Shown here piece by piece: positions 36,501 to 48,400 of a stretch of DNA of 64,000 bases (position 1 is the stretch's first letter; each line of letters begins with the position of its first letter). This DNA is from Amoebophrya sp. A120. Its lineage: Eukaryota > Protista > Dinoflagellata. Under the pieces are notes generated by a model. It did no database searches and was not told where the DNA came from. It saw nothing but the letters and a program-made list of their open reading frames with translations. The stretch covers positions 10,585,655-10,649,654 of the forward strand of contig CAJINV010000004.1 in the NCBI GenBank assembly GCA_905178155.1, read 5' to 3'. Both the position numbers and the translations under genes were made by a program.

Positions 36501-38474
36501 GACAAGCATGACAAACTTGCACTCTTCCAGACCCAGACATTTTTGCATTTGATAAGACGGCACTCTGCAGCGCACAGGCCGCCTACAATGTAGCTGTGGC
36601 AGCGGTCGGAGGTATAGGATTTTGAATTTTTTTCTGGAATTACCTCCCTGCTGGTGCTGACGATGCATATTTTTTTTATATGAGTTTCATCAGTTCCACA
36701 CATGGACTTGTGCTGTGCCAGCAGCATGCTGAATAAAGACATCATAAAACCAAACAGCCGTCTCCGCCAGCCTCGACAGTCTCTCCGTGTGCGTGGTCGT
36801 GCAACCCGAGGTCCTCGCCGTAACACGGTGCATTGCCTACCTCTGCGGCTATGACGACACGACCTTGGCCGGCGGGCCGCACAGTGAATACACCTGGGCC
36901 TTGGCCAAGCAGGCGATTCCAGGACTGGGTGAGAAGATCGCGGCGTGTGAGTTGTCGAAACCAAGACAAGGCTTGAAGAAGGAACAAAGGTAAAAAAGAT
37001 CGCTTTATTTTTTTCTGTGTTGGGGATAAATTTTTATTTTACGTGTTGGCAGATTAAAGATGCATTCCTCGACGATGCATGTATGTAAGTACAGATTGCA
37101 ATTTTAATTTTATTCAATCGAGGTTTCCTAACATCGCGGCCATCAAGCCGGCCGAAATCGCGGATCCGCTGGAGATGGGCAGCTTTGGCTTCACCGTCTT
37201 GTGCTACTGGCTCGACGCAGCCTGCGCCCTGAGGCAAGTATCAAATGCAAAAATGTCTGGGTCTGGAAGATTCTGAGACTTGTCATGCACATTTTGCATG
37301 AGCCATGATATCTGTGATGCATGCCCTAGCATCACAGATTTTTTGAGGGCTTCTTGATGCCTATTCCGCATGACAAATGCCCTCTCCGCGTGGCAACCAT
37401 TACGCTCCTTTGCTGCTCATGCAATACAGATTTTTTTGGAATCCAAATGCAGCATCACAAGTTGCATTATTCCAGACCCAGACATTTTTGCATTTGATAG
37501 CAAGCCTACTTGGACGACGAGAAAGCGAAGTATGACGTGCAGCGGGCGGCATTCGTATCAAATGCAAAAATGTCTGGGTCTGGAAGAATGCAAGATTTGT
37601 CATGCATATTTCTCATGACCCATGATGCCTGTAATGCATGACCTAGCATCGCAGACTTTTAGAGGGCCTCCTGATGCGCCTTCCGCATGAGAAATGCCCT
37701 GTCCGTATAGCACAAATTGTGACCCTCTTGCTGGTCACGCAATACAAATTTTTTTTGAGTCCAAAAACAGCATGATTCCAGACCCAGACATTTTTGCAGT
37801 TGATAACTCGAGGGAAACGCCGATGTAATGGCCAAGTGGTACGAGGCACAGGCGGTATAGAAATGATTTTGTTTTGAACGGCGTGTATCTACATTCCGGT
37901 GTGAAGATACAACGTAGTACGACGTGTATAACAGCATGCATGATTGGTTGTGATGCAACCGATGGTACGACGTCAACGACATCCCCGTCGATGATGATGT
38001 GAGGAAAGAAGCCTCGCTTTGTCGTTTACTTTATTTTACCGCTACATCATTCAACAGTTGAAACTTTATACCTTCACATTTGTTACAGGCAAAAGCCGCT
38101 GCGGAGGCCGCGGGCGAGGATCCCCCGGAGGTCGGTGAGAAGCCGGAGCCGGTCCCGAAGCCGACCCCGCTCGTATCAACTGCAAGAATGTCTGGATCTG
38201 GAAGATTGCCAGGTTTGTCATGCATATTTTGAATGACCCACGATGTGTGTGATGCATGCCCTAGCATCACAGATTTTTAGCGGACTTTGTGATGCTTCTA
38301 CCGCGTGGGAGGTGCCCTCTCGCCGTGGCAAAAGCTGGACCGTTTTGCTGTTCATGCAATACAGATTTTTGGATAATGCAGACACAGCATCACAAGTTGC
38401 ATCCTTCCAGAGCCAGACACTTTTGCATTTGATAGCTCGCCGAGTGCGACGACGACTTCATCGCGTCGGAGTAA
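33579..38474 (+). CDS. Dpy-30/RIIa-like dimerisation-domain protein, probably flagellar (radial-spoke RSP2-like); multi-exon
   Basis: FLQENVGEALAEGFTALSLAQPADGVEFLSTFL at the N-terminus; E/P-rich exons. Frame runs through IE14-IE20 and several GT/GC-AG introns to TAA at 38472-38474. Some exon boundaries unresolved. Confidence 0.6.
34315..34566. mobile_element. IE14, family A, 252 bp
   Basis: TIRs; TSD ctcgg/ctcgg. Confidence 0.92.
34936..35260. mobile_element. IE15, family C, 325 bp (left end TAC instead of TAT)
   Basis: TIRs; TSD tacgt/tacgt; join reads IEYVTDEPAM. Confidence 0.9.
35319..35601. mobile_element. IE16, family B, 283 bp
   Basis: TIRs; TSD ctact/ctact; join reads LGAYCAVPIV. 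Confidence 0.92.
36304..36554. mobile_element. IE17, family A, 251 bp
   Basis: TIRs; TSD agacg/agacg. Confidence 0.92.
37239..37499. mobile_element. IE18, family A, 261 bp
   Basis: Perfect ~30-bp TIRs; TSD gcaag/gcaag. Confidence 0.94.
37556..37805. mobile_element. IE19, family A, 250 bp
   Basis: TIRs; TSD attcg/actcg. Confidence 0.92.
38174..38434. mobile_element. IE20, family A, 261 bp
   Basis: TIRs; TSD gctcg/gctcg. Confidence 0.92.
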
Positions 38475-39408
38475 ACGGATTTAGATTTACTTCGAGGACC
38501 ACTTCGATGAGTTACGAGAAGGCATGAATCCGAACAGTATGCTACTGGCTTTGAACGTCGAAGAACCTCCGAATCACAGTTAACTATTTGAATCGCAGAT
38601 AGAACTTTTATCATCAGACAGAGTTACTTTTCCTCGTCGTCTCTGACACGTCGAGATGAAAACGAAACCGAATTTGTAGTATTAGCTGAATCAGACAAGA
38701 AAGCAGGAATCGAAACCACTAAAAAATTGCAATCATCAGACACGAAGAAACTATGACAGATTGTTTTCATCACCGAACGACAGACACGACCAGAATTACT
38801 ATACCTCAGACAACAGACACGAGCGATTTATTTCACGAGGAAAAACGCTCAGCTGCAGTAGTCAGTTCTCCTACGGCGCAGCTGAAGCGAGGAGCAGAGA
38901 AAATGAATTTATTGTCAAATAAACTGTAACATTAAAAGCGATTTTTCACCGAACTAGAATCCTTGTCCCGAGAATATTAAGCGCTTGCTTGACGCTTTAC
39001 AGTAAATGAAAATTATTAAGCAAGCAGCAGTTTCAATTGGAGGTGCTCGAGGGCTGTAGCACCACAACTAGTCCATCGATATTCTCTGCTTTGCACAGTC
39101 GGTCCGTGTCAGGCAGGATGAAAACATTAGCTGGAGAACCTGGTGGAGGAAGAGGACCGGAATCTGATGGTGAGTGTGAGAACATTATCACAAGAACTCA
39201 TACGAAAGTAAGAGCGGAGCGGGAGATAAGCAAGAGCGATGACGCAAGAACTACATCACACAGCGCATTTCGTTTTCTTTTTTCGTTCGCTCTCGCCATG
39301 TGCGTGTCGGCCTCTGTTCTGGAAGAAATTTTCTTAGTCACTGATCTTTCACTCCATTAGGTGTCCTCGCCCCATTTTGGTATTGTACAGTAGCGCCGGA
39401 GTTCAAAG

Positions 39409-42400
39409 ATGGGTGACGAGGGCGAGGAGCCCGTCGACACGGGGCCTAAATGCCCGTTCTCCTACTACGTGGTGCAGCTCAGCGGAATGACGATACAGAT
39501 CGAGAACACCGAGGTACGGTGTGCAGAAATGGTTGGCATGCAGATTTTCAGATGGGATAGGGATTCTCATGTGCTTTGGTTTTCGTTTTGTTTGGTTCTT
39601 GTCGTGATCAGGCGACACAGGAACAAGCACCATTCCGCATTTCTTAAGTATACTGTAACTCAGATTCTACTTTTTCTTACCATGAATATTAAAACCAGGA
39701 GCCGAACACGACAAAAGACGTGGATCTCCGCGCCCTGATTCTGGAGCAGCTCGAGCTCGACACCTTTGCCCAAAAGTCAAAGTTTTGCGTGGTCGACGCG
39801 GCCGGACTGGCGGACAAGGTCGCGGCTGAGGTGGCCACAAGGCACGCCGCGAAGCAGGAGGGCATAGACGCTGCGGAGACGGTATCTATTGTTGCAGATT
39901 GAAATCGGATAGTTTTATTTCACCATGTGCAGCTGCTGTATTTTGCATCAAACAGATCCCCGTGCTTTTGTTCAACGAATCCATTATGCATGACAAAATT
40001 TCCCATCAATGGCCACCACAGCCGCCAGAGGAGGAAAAAGTCGACGTAATTTTCGTGGTCACCAACTGTCCGGAGGATGTGCTCGCGGCCGAGTCCGACC
40101 CCGGCATTCACAGCTTCCTCTACCTGCATGGGAAGTCCGTTTATCAAATGCAAAAATGTCTGGGTCTGGAAGAATGCAAGTTTGTCATGCTTGTTTGGCA
40201 TGCCTCGAGAATCTGTGTTGCATAGGCACGAAAGAGCCCTCTTAACTGTCATGCGAAAAGGCAGTTTGCCATGCGGAATACATAAGACATGGCAGCCACA
40301 AAATTTGTCGTGCATAGCTGCGTATTGCGGCGCGTCTATCATTCACTTTTAGCATTACAAGTTTCCAGACCCAGACATTTTTGCATTTCATACCGTTCTT
40401 TTCGAAAAGCTCGAGCCGGAGGAGGATGCAGCGGAGGACGCGGAGCCGGTGTTTGAGAAGAAAATCGTCTCCGCCGAGGTGCCGGCGGAAGTCTTGTTGG
40501 TCAGCGAAAAGCTTCAGGAAGCGGAGTTCGGGAACTGGAAAAGGGACGTGAAGCTGCAGACCCTCGGTGGGTGCGAGAATTTGTACCTCGACGGGGGCGT
40601 GAAGCCAGCAAGTATACTCTAGATAAAAAATGGTTTTTTTTTTACTTATTTTCTCGTGCTGTGACGTGGTGGTGCTTTTGATTGAATGTGGTTTCTTGTC
40701 GTTGAAAAAACTCTTCAGATGATCTTGCATGTGCTAATAAAGGACCAGCACTAGCCGTATTTCTGATCTTTATCAAAAACAGAAGTTGACGACGAAGAGC
40801 CACCTCCGCCCTCCTATCCTGAGTAAAAACGTCCCCACCCGATAGTTGTCATGCAAATTTGCGATTACAGGAAGATTTGTAATGCGCATCTCCATGAGAG
40901 GCATTTCCAATCGCGTTTTGGAATTTGTAATGCTGTAAACAGGATAAGCAGATGGATTTGTGATGCGGTTGTCCTTGCTAACATGCACTACACTACGGAC
41001 TGCAACTTCTCATGCGTGGCGCCCAAAACTTGTGGATTTGTCTTGCTAGGTTCCCAACTTGACTATGGGGTGGGGACGTTTTTACACAGGATACCTCCCC
41101 CTCCGCCTTCGCCGAGTGCCTCTACGAGAAGCTCGTCGCGGACCATTTGAGAAAGGAGACCGAATTCGCTAAGCGGGAAGCCTTCGTCAACTCCATCGAA
41201 ATTCCGCACATCGACGAACTTCCGCCTGCCTTCCACAGCACCGCGGTGTACGAGCGGGACATGGGGTTGGTGGACGCGTGCAAGCACGACATCGCGTTGT
41301 TCCTCCACTGTTTAACGGATCAGGCGGAGAAGAACGTGTATCGCAAGAAGTAGAGAGGGGAGTTACAGTTGCGCATAATTTGTTGATGTTGGATAATATT
41401 CAGCAACACGAAGAAACTTTCTCGCCCTGCATGACGGAGAAAACTCGCAGTTGTGCAGAGATCATAAGGGCAAAGACTTATGAAGATGAACCGGGGCCCG
41501 CCATTATTTCGTGCATGACAAAGGTTGTCTGTTTTTCCGGTATTACAACACAATTATGTGTACAACCAGCTGTAGCACTTTTTTCGCACCATAATGTGGC
41601 CGGCTCTTCCAGTTCGAGCTCCTCGACAGCGTCCGGGCTATCAAATGCAAATATGTCTGGGTCTGGAAACTTGTGATGCAAGTCAGTGAACGATAAGTGA
41701 ACTACCGTAATGCTCTGCCAAGCATGACAAGTTTTTTCGTGCTACTTTGCTGCACATTCCGCATGAGAAACTGCGTTTTTGCATGACAGGCGAGAGAGGC
41801 TGTTCCGATGGCCTCACGCAATACAGAGTGCAGATTCGTGCCAGACTAGCATGACAAACCTTGCAATCTCCCAGACATCCAGACATATTTGCAGTTGATA
41901 CGGGCCGGCGAGTAGCAAGGGGTTGGATAGCGAAGCCGAGGAGATTGCGCTGGAGAAGTATTTGGAAAAAGCATACTGCAACACGGTCACCGAAGACGAT
42001 CCGGACGTGGAAAGGATAAAACAAAGCACCGCGGTGCTGGAGGGTAAGTTTTTTGGTATTCTTTTTGAGTAGAGGTTTTTCTTTTTGTTTGTCATGCACG
42101 AATCTTCTTCAATGGGAATGGACAACGGGAAGTAGATGCAAGAAGAATTCCTGGATTTTATAATTCCCCGTGTTGATCATGCAAGTTCTCGATCTGAAAA
42201 CAACCGCCCTGCCGCCCACCAGGTGCCGAAAACGCGCTTCTCGAGCCGGATCTGCGGGTCAAGCTGGTTCCCTCACTAGATCGCGCAATGGTGAAGCACT
42301 TGGGGCAGAAAAACGCGACAAATGTGACGAAAGTGTTTGGTTGCCTCAAATACTTGACGCAGTTTCACAATCCGCAGATCGTCATGAATGATGGAAAGCT

Positions 42401-45400
42401 GGATTACCTCGGTATATTTATAGGATTTTATATCGCTTCTTACATTTATTTTCACAGAAGTGTAAGTTTTCGCCAGAGTGGTCCTCCCACGGATGAAATT
42501 GAAAAGGCCCTACTTATTATTTTGCCGGACATATGATGTTGCATGATCAAATTATTTGAAACAGGTATGGCCGAGCGGTCTGCGCATAGGAATCGGATCT
42601 ATCCGTTTTTCCCGGAGGAGGACTGGAGCATCGTGGAGATAGAAAGACTACTGCTCCTTTACGAGTTTGAGCAGCTCTTGAAATCCTGCCAGCCGGAACG
42701 CAGTCACGAACTGCACAAAACCAGGCTATACCACGAGAAAATTCCGAAGACACTTTTTGCGCAGGTAAATTTTTTATTGTGATCATGATCGTCGCTAGAT
42801 TTGTTTTTATCCGCATGCACCTGCTATGTGATTGTGAATGTGTTGAAATATTATACGCAAATTATGCTGATCCTTTCATCTTTGACTGATTGTGTACTTG
42901 AAAAGAAGAGCCCACGTTTATTTTATCAGACCCTCCACAAGTGTCTTTCCGAGGGCAGCTATGCGCTGGATTCGAAATACTACCCGCGCCACGACGCCGT
43001 TCTCATCGCCCTCCACAACCGCGCCGTGCCGGGCCGCAGCACGTGGCACCGGTGGGTGGACGCCAGAAATCTCACCTCCAAAGCCTCCAGCGCCCAGGCG
43101 CTGCGGGAAGCCCAGGAAAGCGCGAAGCAGGCGACCGCGAAGCTGAATTTGCACCGGAACCCGCCGCCGCCGCCAGACGCGAACCCATCAAAAAAGAAGA
43201 AGGGCCTGGTAGAAGAGCCGGTGGAGAAAAAGCGAACGCCCGAAGAGGAGGCAGTGTTCAGGAAAATTGAAGCGAGACTACTTGCTGAGAAAGATTTCTA
43301 CGACGCGCAGTGCAGGGAACTGGTGAAACTGATCGAGGTTTTTGGAAACCTCGTATTGTGAGGAAAAATCCCCCCTCCCCATATCGAAAAGGATATTTGT
43401 GTTGCTGATTTGTGACCACAAGTCAGCTCTGTCTTGCATATGGGGCAAATGGGAGCCGTGTGGTGCCTTCCACGGCCATTCTGTGATGCGCTTTTGCATA
43501 CTGCAAAGCTGTCTGCCATGCCTAACTGCTAGCCTGTTACGTAAGTACCCAATCAGGCTTAGGAAGTGCCTCCAAGCGCCTGCTGCAATACAACGCTGAT
43601 TTGTGTACAGAAATCCAGCAACACAAATTTCTTTTTTCCATGGGGTGGGGACCTTTTTCACTTTGAAACCTCGACGAGGACGCGTTCGGGCTATGACCTT
43701 CTCAAACGTTACAATCTCAAACGTTACAATAGAATTTGGAAATCTGTGATGCAAGAAGGGCATGATCTAGCCAAGTCTCATAGGACTGCGCATGACAAGT
43801 TCCGGAGTCCCAAACCGCACTACAATCTGCCGAAATTTGTGTTGCAGAAAGTGGAATGGTCTGCGAGTCTGGCATGCTTATTATGCAAGACAAATCCCAG
43901 GCTCTATTGTAACGTTTGAGATTGTAACGTTTGAGCAGGTCATACGGGCAGCTGGAAGAATCCGAGAAGATCGTGCTCCCCGCGGACGTATCAAATGCAA
44001 AAGTGTCTGGGTCTGGAAGATTCGGACACTTGTCATGCACGGTTTGCATTAGCCATGATGTCCGTGATGCATGCCCTAGCATCACAGGTTTTTTGAGGGA
44101 TTCTTGATGCCTATTCCGCATGACAAATGCCCTCTCCGCGTAGCAAAGATTTAGAATCCTTTTGCTGCTCATGCAACACAAATTTTTTAGACATTGAAAT
44201 GCAGCATCACAAGTTGCATTCCTCCAGACCCAGACACTTTTGCACTTGATAGGACGGCTCTCTCATCAGCTTTTCGGACTGCCGGAGAGGGAAGAGCCAG
44301 CGGAACACGCCCCCAGGGGCGGAGAAAGAGATTTTCTCCGCGGAAAATTCCGTCTTCCAGTCAAAAACGCACCGGGTCACGAAGGACGGGGTTTTCCTCC
44401 AAGTGAAGGGGAACGCCGAATTTGAAGCGCGAAAACCGAAGCTGCTGGAGATTTTAAGCGAGGCGGACGCCCAGCAGGACGCAGCCAACCGCGCGGTGGA
44501 AACGGAGGAGCCCCCAGAGGAGTACCCGGTCACCGAATTTGCGGTGATGAAGGAGAGAACCGAGCAGGTTTGCTACGGCGAGCTCGCGGTCGCGTACTCG
44601 GGGTCGCAGACGAGAGTCGCGGTATCAATGGAAACGAGCAAGTCCAATGTTTTATCACAGCAGATGGTGGAGGAGTGCCACGCGCTCTGCTTCCCCGGAG
44701 GACAGCCCGCAGACGACGGCACGGAGCCTATCAAAATGAAAAATCCCCCTCCCCATATCAAAACGGAAATTTGTGATGCTGATTTGTGACCACAAATCAC
44801 CTTTGTATTGCAGAGAGGCACTGCGGCCAGATCCCCAGGCTAGGTAGGGGCGTATGGGTCTAGTAGTTCAGCATGGCAAACGGCCCCCCTTTAGGCCCAA
44901 CAGCATGACAAAGCGCATCCATAATGGGGCGGAAGCTTCTGCCCTTGTCTTCTTGCAAGACAGATGCGATTCAAATCCGCAAAACAAAACTTTGGAAACA
45001 TACCTCTTCAATATCGGAAGGGGGAACTTTTCCTCTCAATAGAGCCGGCCGAAAAGCCCAATCTCCTGGAGTTTCCCCCCGTCGCGGACCTGACCGACGA
45101 GCAGGTCGGGTTTGAGTTCTCGCACCGCCCCAGCATGATGACGTACACGCTGGAGGACAGCCAGAAGGTGGAAATCAACCCGGACGGGTCCTGCTTCGTC
45201 CACTGGCCGTCCTCCAGCCTCACCGGGAACAGCAAGGCCTCGTCCTCCAGTTCTTCCGTCGTCGCCGGCAGCGACGCCAGCTACTACGAGGCCGGGCAAA
45301 TGGAAGATTTGGAGTTAAGTCGCCGCGTGCAGCCAGACGGAACGCTGATAAGGTTTTTGACGAGCGGTCGAACGGAATTGTACTACCCCGACGGCACGAT

Positions 45401-48400
45401 AGCGTTCCGAAATCCGACGGCGGAAGAACTTTGTATTGCTGTTTTTTCAAGAACATCGTTATTGGAGGGCCGACGTCGTGTTGTACTTGCATGGTTGTGC
45501 AAATGTTGATGGGAGGTTGTAGTATACATTAGAAGTTGTCGTTCTTGCTTTTCTTACGCTTCATGAAGAAGGAAAACTACAGCACTACATTTCTCCTATC
45601 ACACCCCCAGCCCGCGTCCCAGTGAACGGCTCGGAGTGGCTCGCACACCTACAGCTCGCGTACGGTAGTCTAGATCTGACGGACGAGAACAATCTGCAAG
45701 CCGGGCTTCCAGGTCACTGGGTGGTCACGAAGTTGGACGGGACAAGAGTAATATCGCTCTTGATTGTGTTTCTGCATGACAAAATCTTCAAGCGCAGTAA
45801 CGATTTTGAATCATAACATTTTGATCAGAGTATCGCTTGTTATTTATTATTTCGTCAGGTAAAGCATGACGCTCGGGTATGCATGACAAAAAGTACATTT
45901 TTCACGAAGTTGGAAATTTCAACGACATACCAGGTGGGCCGCGTGGACGCTTCCCTGCTTCCGCCGCCCGAGCCCAGTCCGGCGGAGAATGAGGAAGAAG
46001 CCCCCCGTATGCATTGCAAATCTGTCTGGCTCTGGGAAGATTGGAACTTGTGATGCTGAATTTGGATTCTACAAAAATCTGTATTGCATGAACAGCAAAA
46101 CAAGAGGTCCCGTTTTTGTCACGGCGAGAGGGCATTTCTCATGCGGTATAGGCATCAGGAAGCCCTCACAAAATCTGTGATGCTAAAGCATGCATCACAG
46201 GCATCAGGAGTCATGCAAAATGTGCATGACAAACCTTGCATCCTTCCAGACCCAGACATTTTTGCAGTTGATACCCCCGGCGGACGGCGAGGAGATCGGG
46301 ACGGTAATACCGGAGAGAACACTGAGGACCGTTTTGGAAGAACGGGGCTTACTTCTGGTAGACGACGGCGAGAAGGTGGAATACCCACTGAAACCCGTTT
46401 CCACCGTGACCCAGCAAGATCCCCACACCGGCTACTGGGTCACCACGGCGGCCAACGGCTTGATGGTGATAGAGTCCGAGGACCACACGCAGAGACGGAT
46501 AATCACGAAGGACGCGACAGTCATCACCTGGCAGCACGCAGACGTCGGCGAGGAAGTGATCGTGGAGAAGCCCGACGTCATGCCGAAAATCATCGCGACC
46601 CAGGATACGAGTTCTTTACAGGCAAACACGACGGTGAAGGTGTTCCTCAGCGACGGGAGCTTATTTGAGGTGGCGCCGAAGGAACTGCATCCGGAGGGGC
46701 AACTAGTGCCCTGCCCGATTGACCGGGTGGCGACGCACTCGACCTGCGTGTTTAAACATGCGGTATGCATGTTTTTAGAATTACGTTGTTATCATGTTTT
46801 GGGTTGCGAAGATTACAGTATAGTACTAGAGCGAATCTTGACAATAGCAATACGGTGACTCCGTCTCCGACTCATTCTGACTGAATTAAACACCGACAGC
46901 ATTCCGGCTCCATCCTCCGTTCCAACGGTCTGGGGCAAATCGACGTCTTCACCGCCAGTGACATAGCTGAGCAGGGGGAGGAGGCCCTTTTGAAAGCGCA
47001 GGCGGAAGAAGCGGAGGGCTACTACACGTGCAATTTGGTGAACAAGGTCGAATTGAAATTGATGGACAGGGAAAGGAACAAATTCTACCTGATATCAAAA
47101 TGAAAAATGCCCCCACCGCATATCAAAACGGAAATCTGTGATGCAGATTTGTGGTCACAAATCAGCCTTGTCATGCTAGAAGGGAAAAGATGCGGACTGT
47201 AGTGCTGGGCTGCGTGGGAAAGCCTTGCGTCTTCAGGATGACAGGAGGCAGCTGGAAGCAAAAAACAGCATGACAAATTGCCTGCAAACGAGGCCGCAAC
47301 TGCGTCTCTTGGCCTTCTAGCAATACAAGGCGACTTGTGTACTCAAATACCGCATCACAAGTTTCATTTTCGATATGGGGAGGGGGGATTTTTCCTTTTG
47401 ATACCTGAAATCCGACCAGACCGTCGATTTCCAGCTGGCGGTCAGCATGAACGAGGATGGGACTTTTGAACAGCCGAAATGCGAAGTCGCCATGAAGCAG
47501 TACTGCCACCCAGACGCGGCGTTTTTACCCGTGCCCCCAACTTGCCCCGCCGCCCGATTGTTCGTGGTCTACAGTGACGGCGAAGCGGAGGAGCTGGTCG
47601 AGCGGGCGTCCGTCGACAGCGCGTTCAATGCGGTGAAGGACGACGATGCGGCGGTGTGCGTCAGGGATGAGAAACTCACCTACCCATTGGACGGGTGCCG
47701 GTCCAACACGATCTACAGGCTGGTCCCGGCGATGCCAAGGTGTTTACCCTACCACGAAACCATACAACTCCCCAACTGCGTGCGCGGGATCTATTCCCCC
47801 ATGGCAATCCTGGACTTGCCAATAGAAAAGGCCGCCGCGATACCCGAGTTCACAACCTTCTCGCAATTCATCGAATATCCGCAGGTAGAGGAAGAAGGGT
47901 TTGCTCTTTCCGTGGTTTTTGTACTGATTTGCGAAGATGCGTTCTTGCATGCTTACACTAGTAACGCTTGATGTTGGGCATAAATATTTTTGACCTCGTC
48001 CAAGACGAATGAAAAAAACCAGATAACCGACCAGCGAAAAGCAGACTTTCTGGTGGCGAAGAACAATTACCACCGCTGGGAATACGAGCACAGTGCGGTT
48101 TGGGCAGAATTGCAGCGAAAGGAAGCGGAAAGAAAAGCGAAGGAAGCGAAGAAAAAGAAGAAGCCCGACGGTGCGCGATAATATATGCTGCTTTTCATAT
48201 GTTTGATTTGTACTTAGTCGTTTTTAGCTGGTGTTGCGTTCATCGCATACCGGAAGCAAAAGAAGGAGAGTAGTTCGTGGAAAAAGTTTTGATGCGTATC
48301 TAGAAGTTTCAACGATTGATTCAATACGAAAGGAAATAGACACAGTTGCTGCATGGAAGACAGAATAGATACTCAACGTGTTGATCATGGAATTTACTAG

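Noticed and set aside
46002-46279. 6-bp TSD cccccg for IE28
   Set aside because: Removing element plus 6 bp breaks the frame; element plus 5 bp keeps it, consistent with all other copies.
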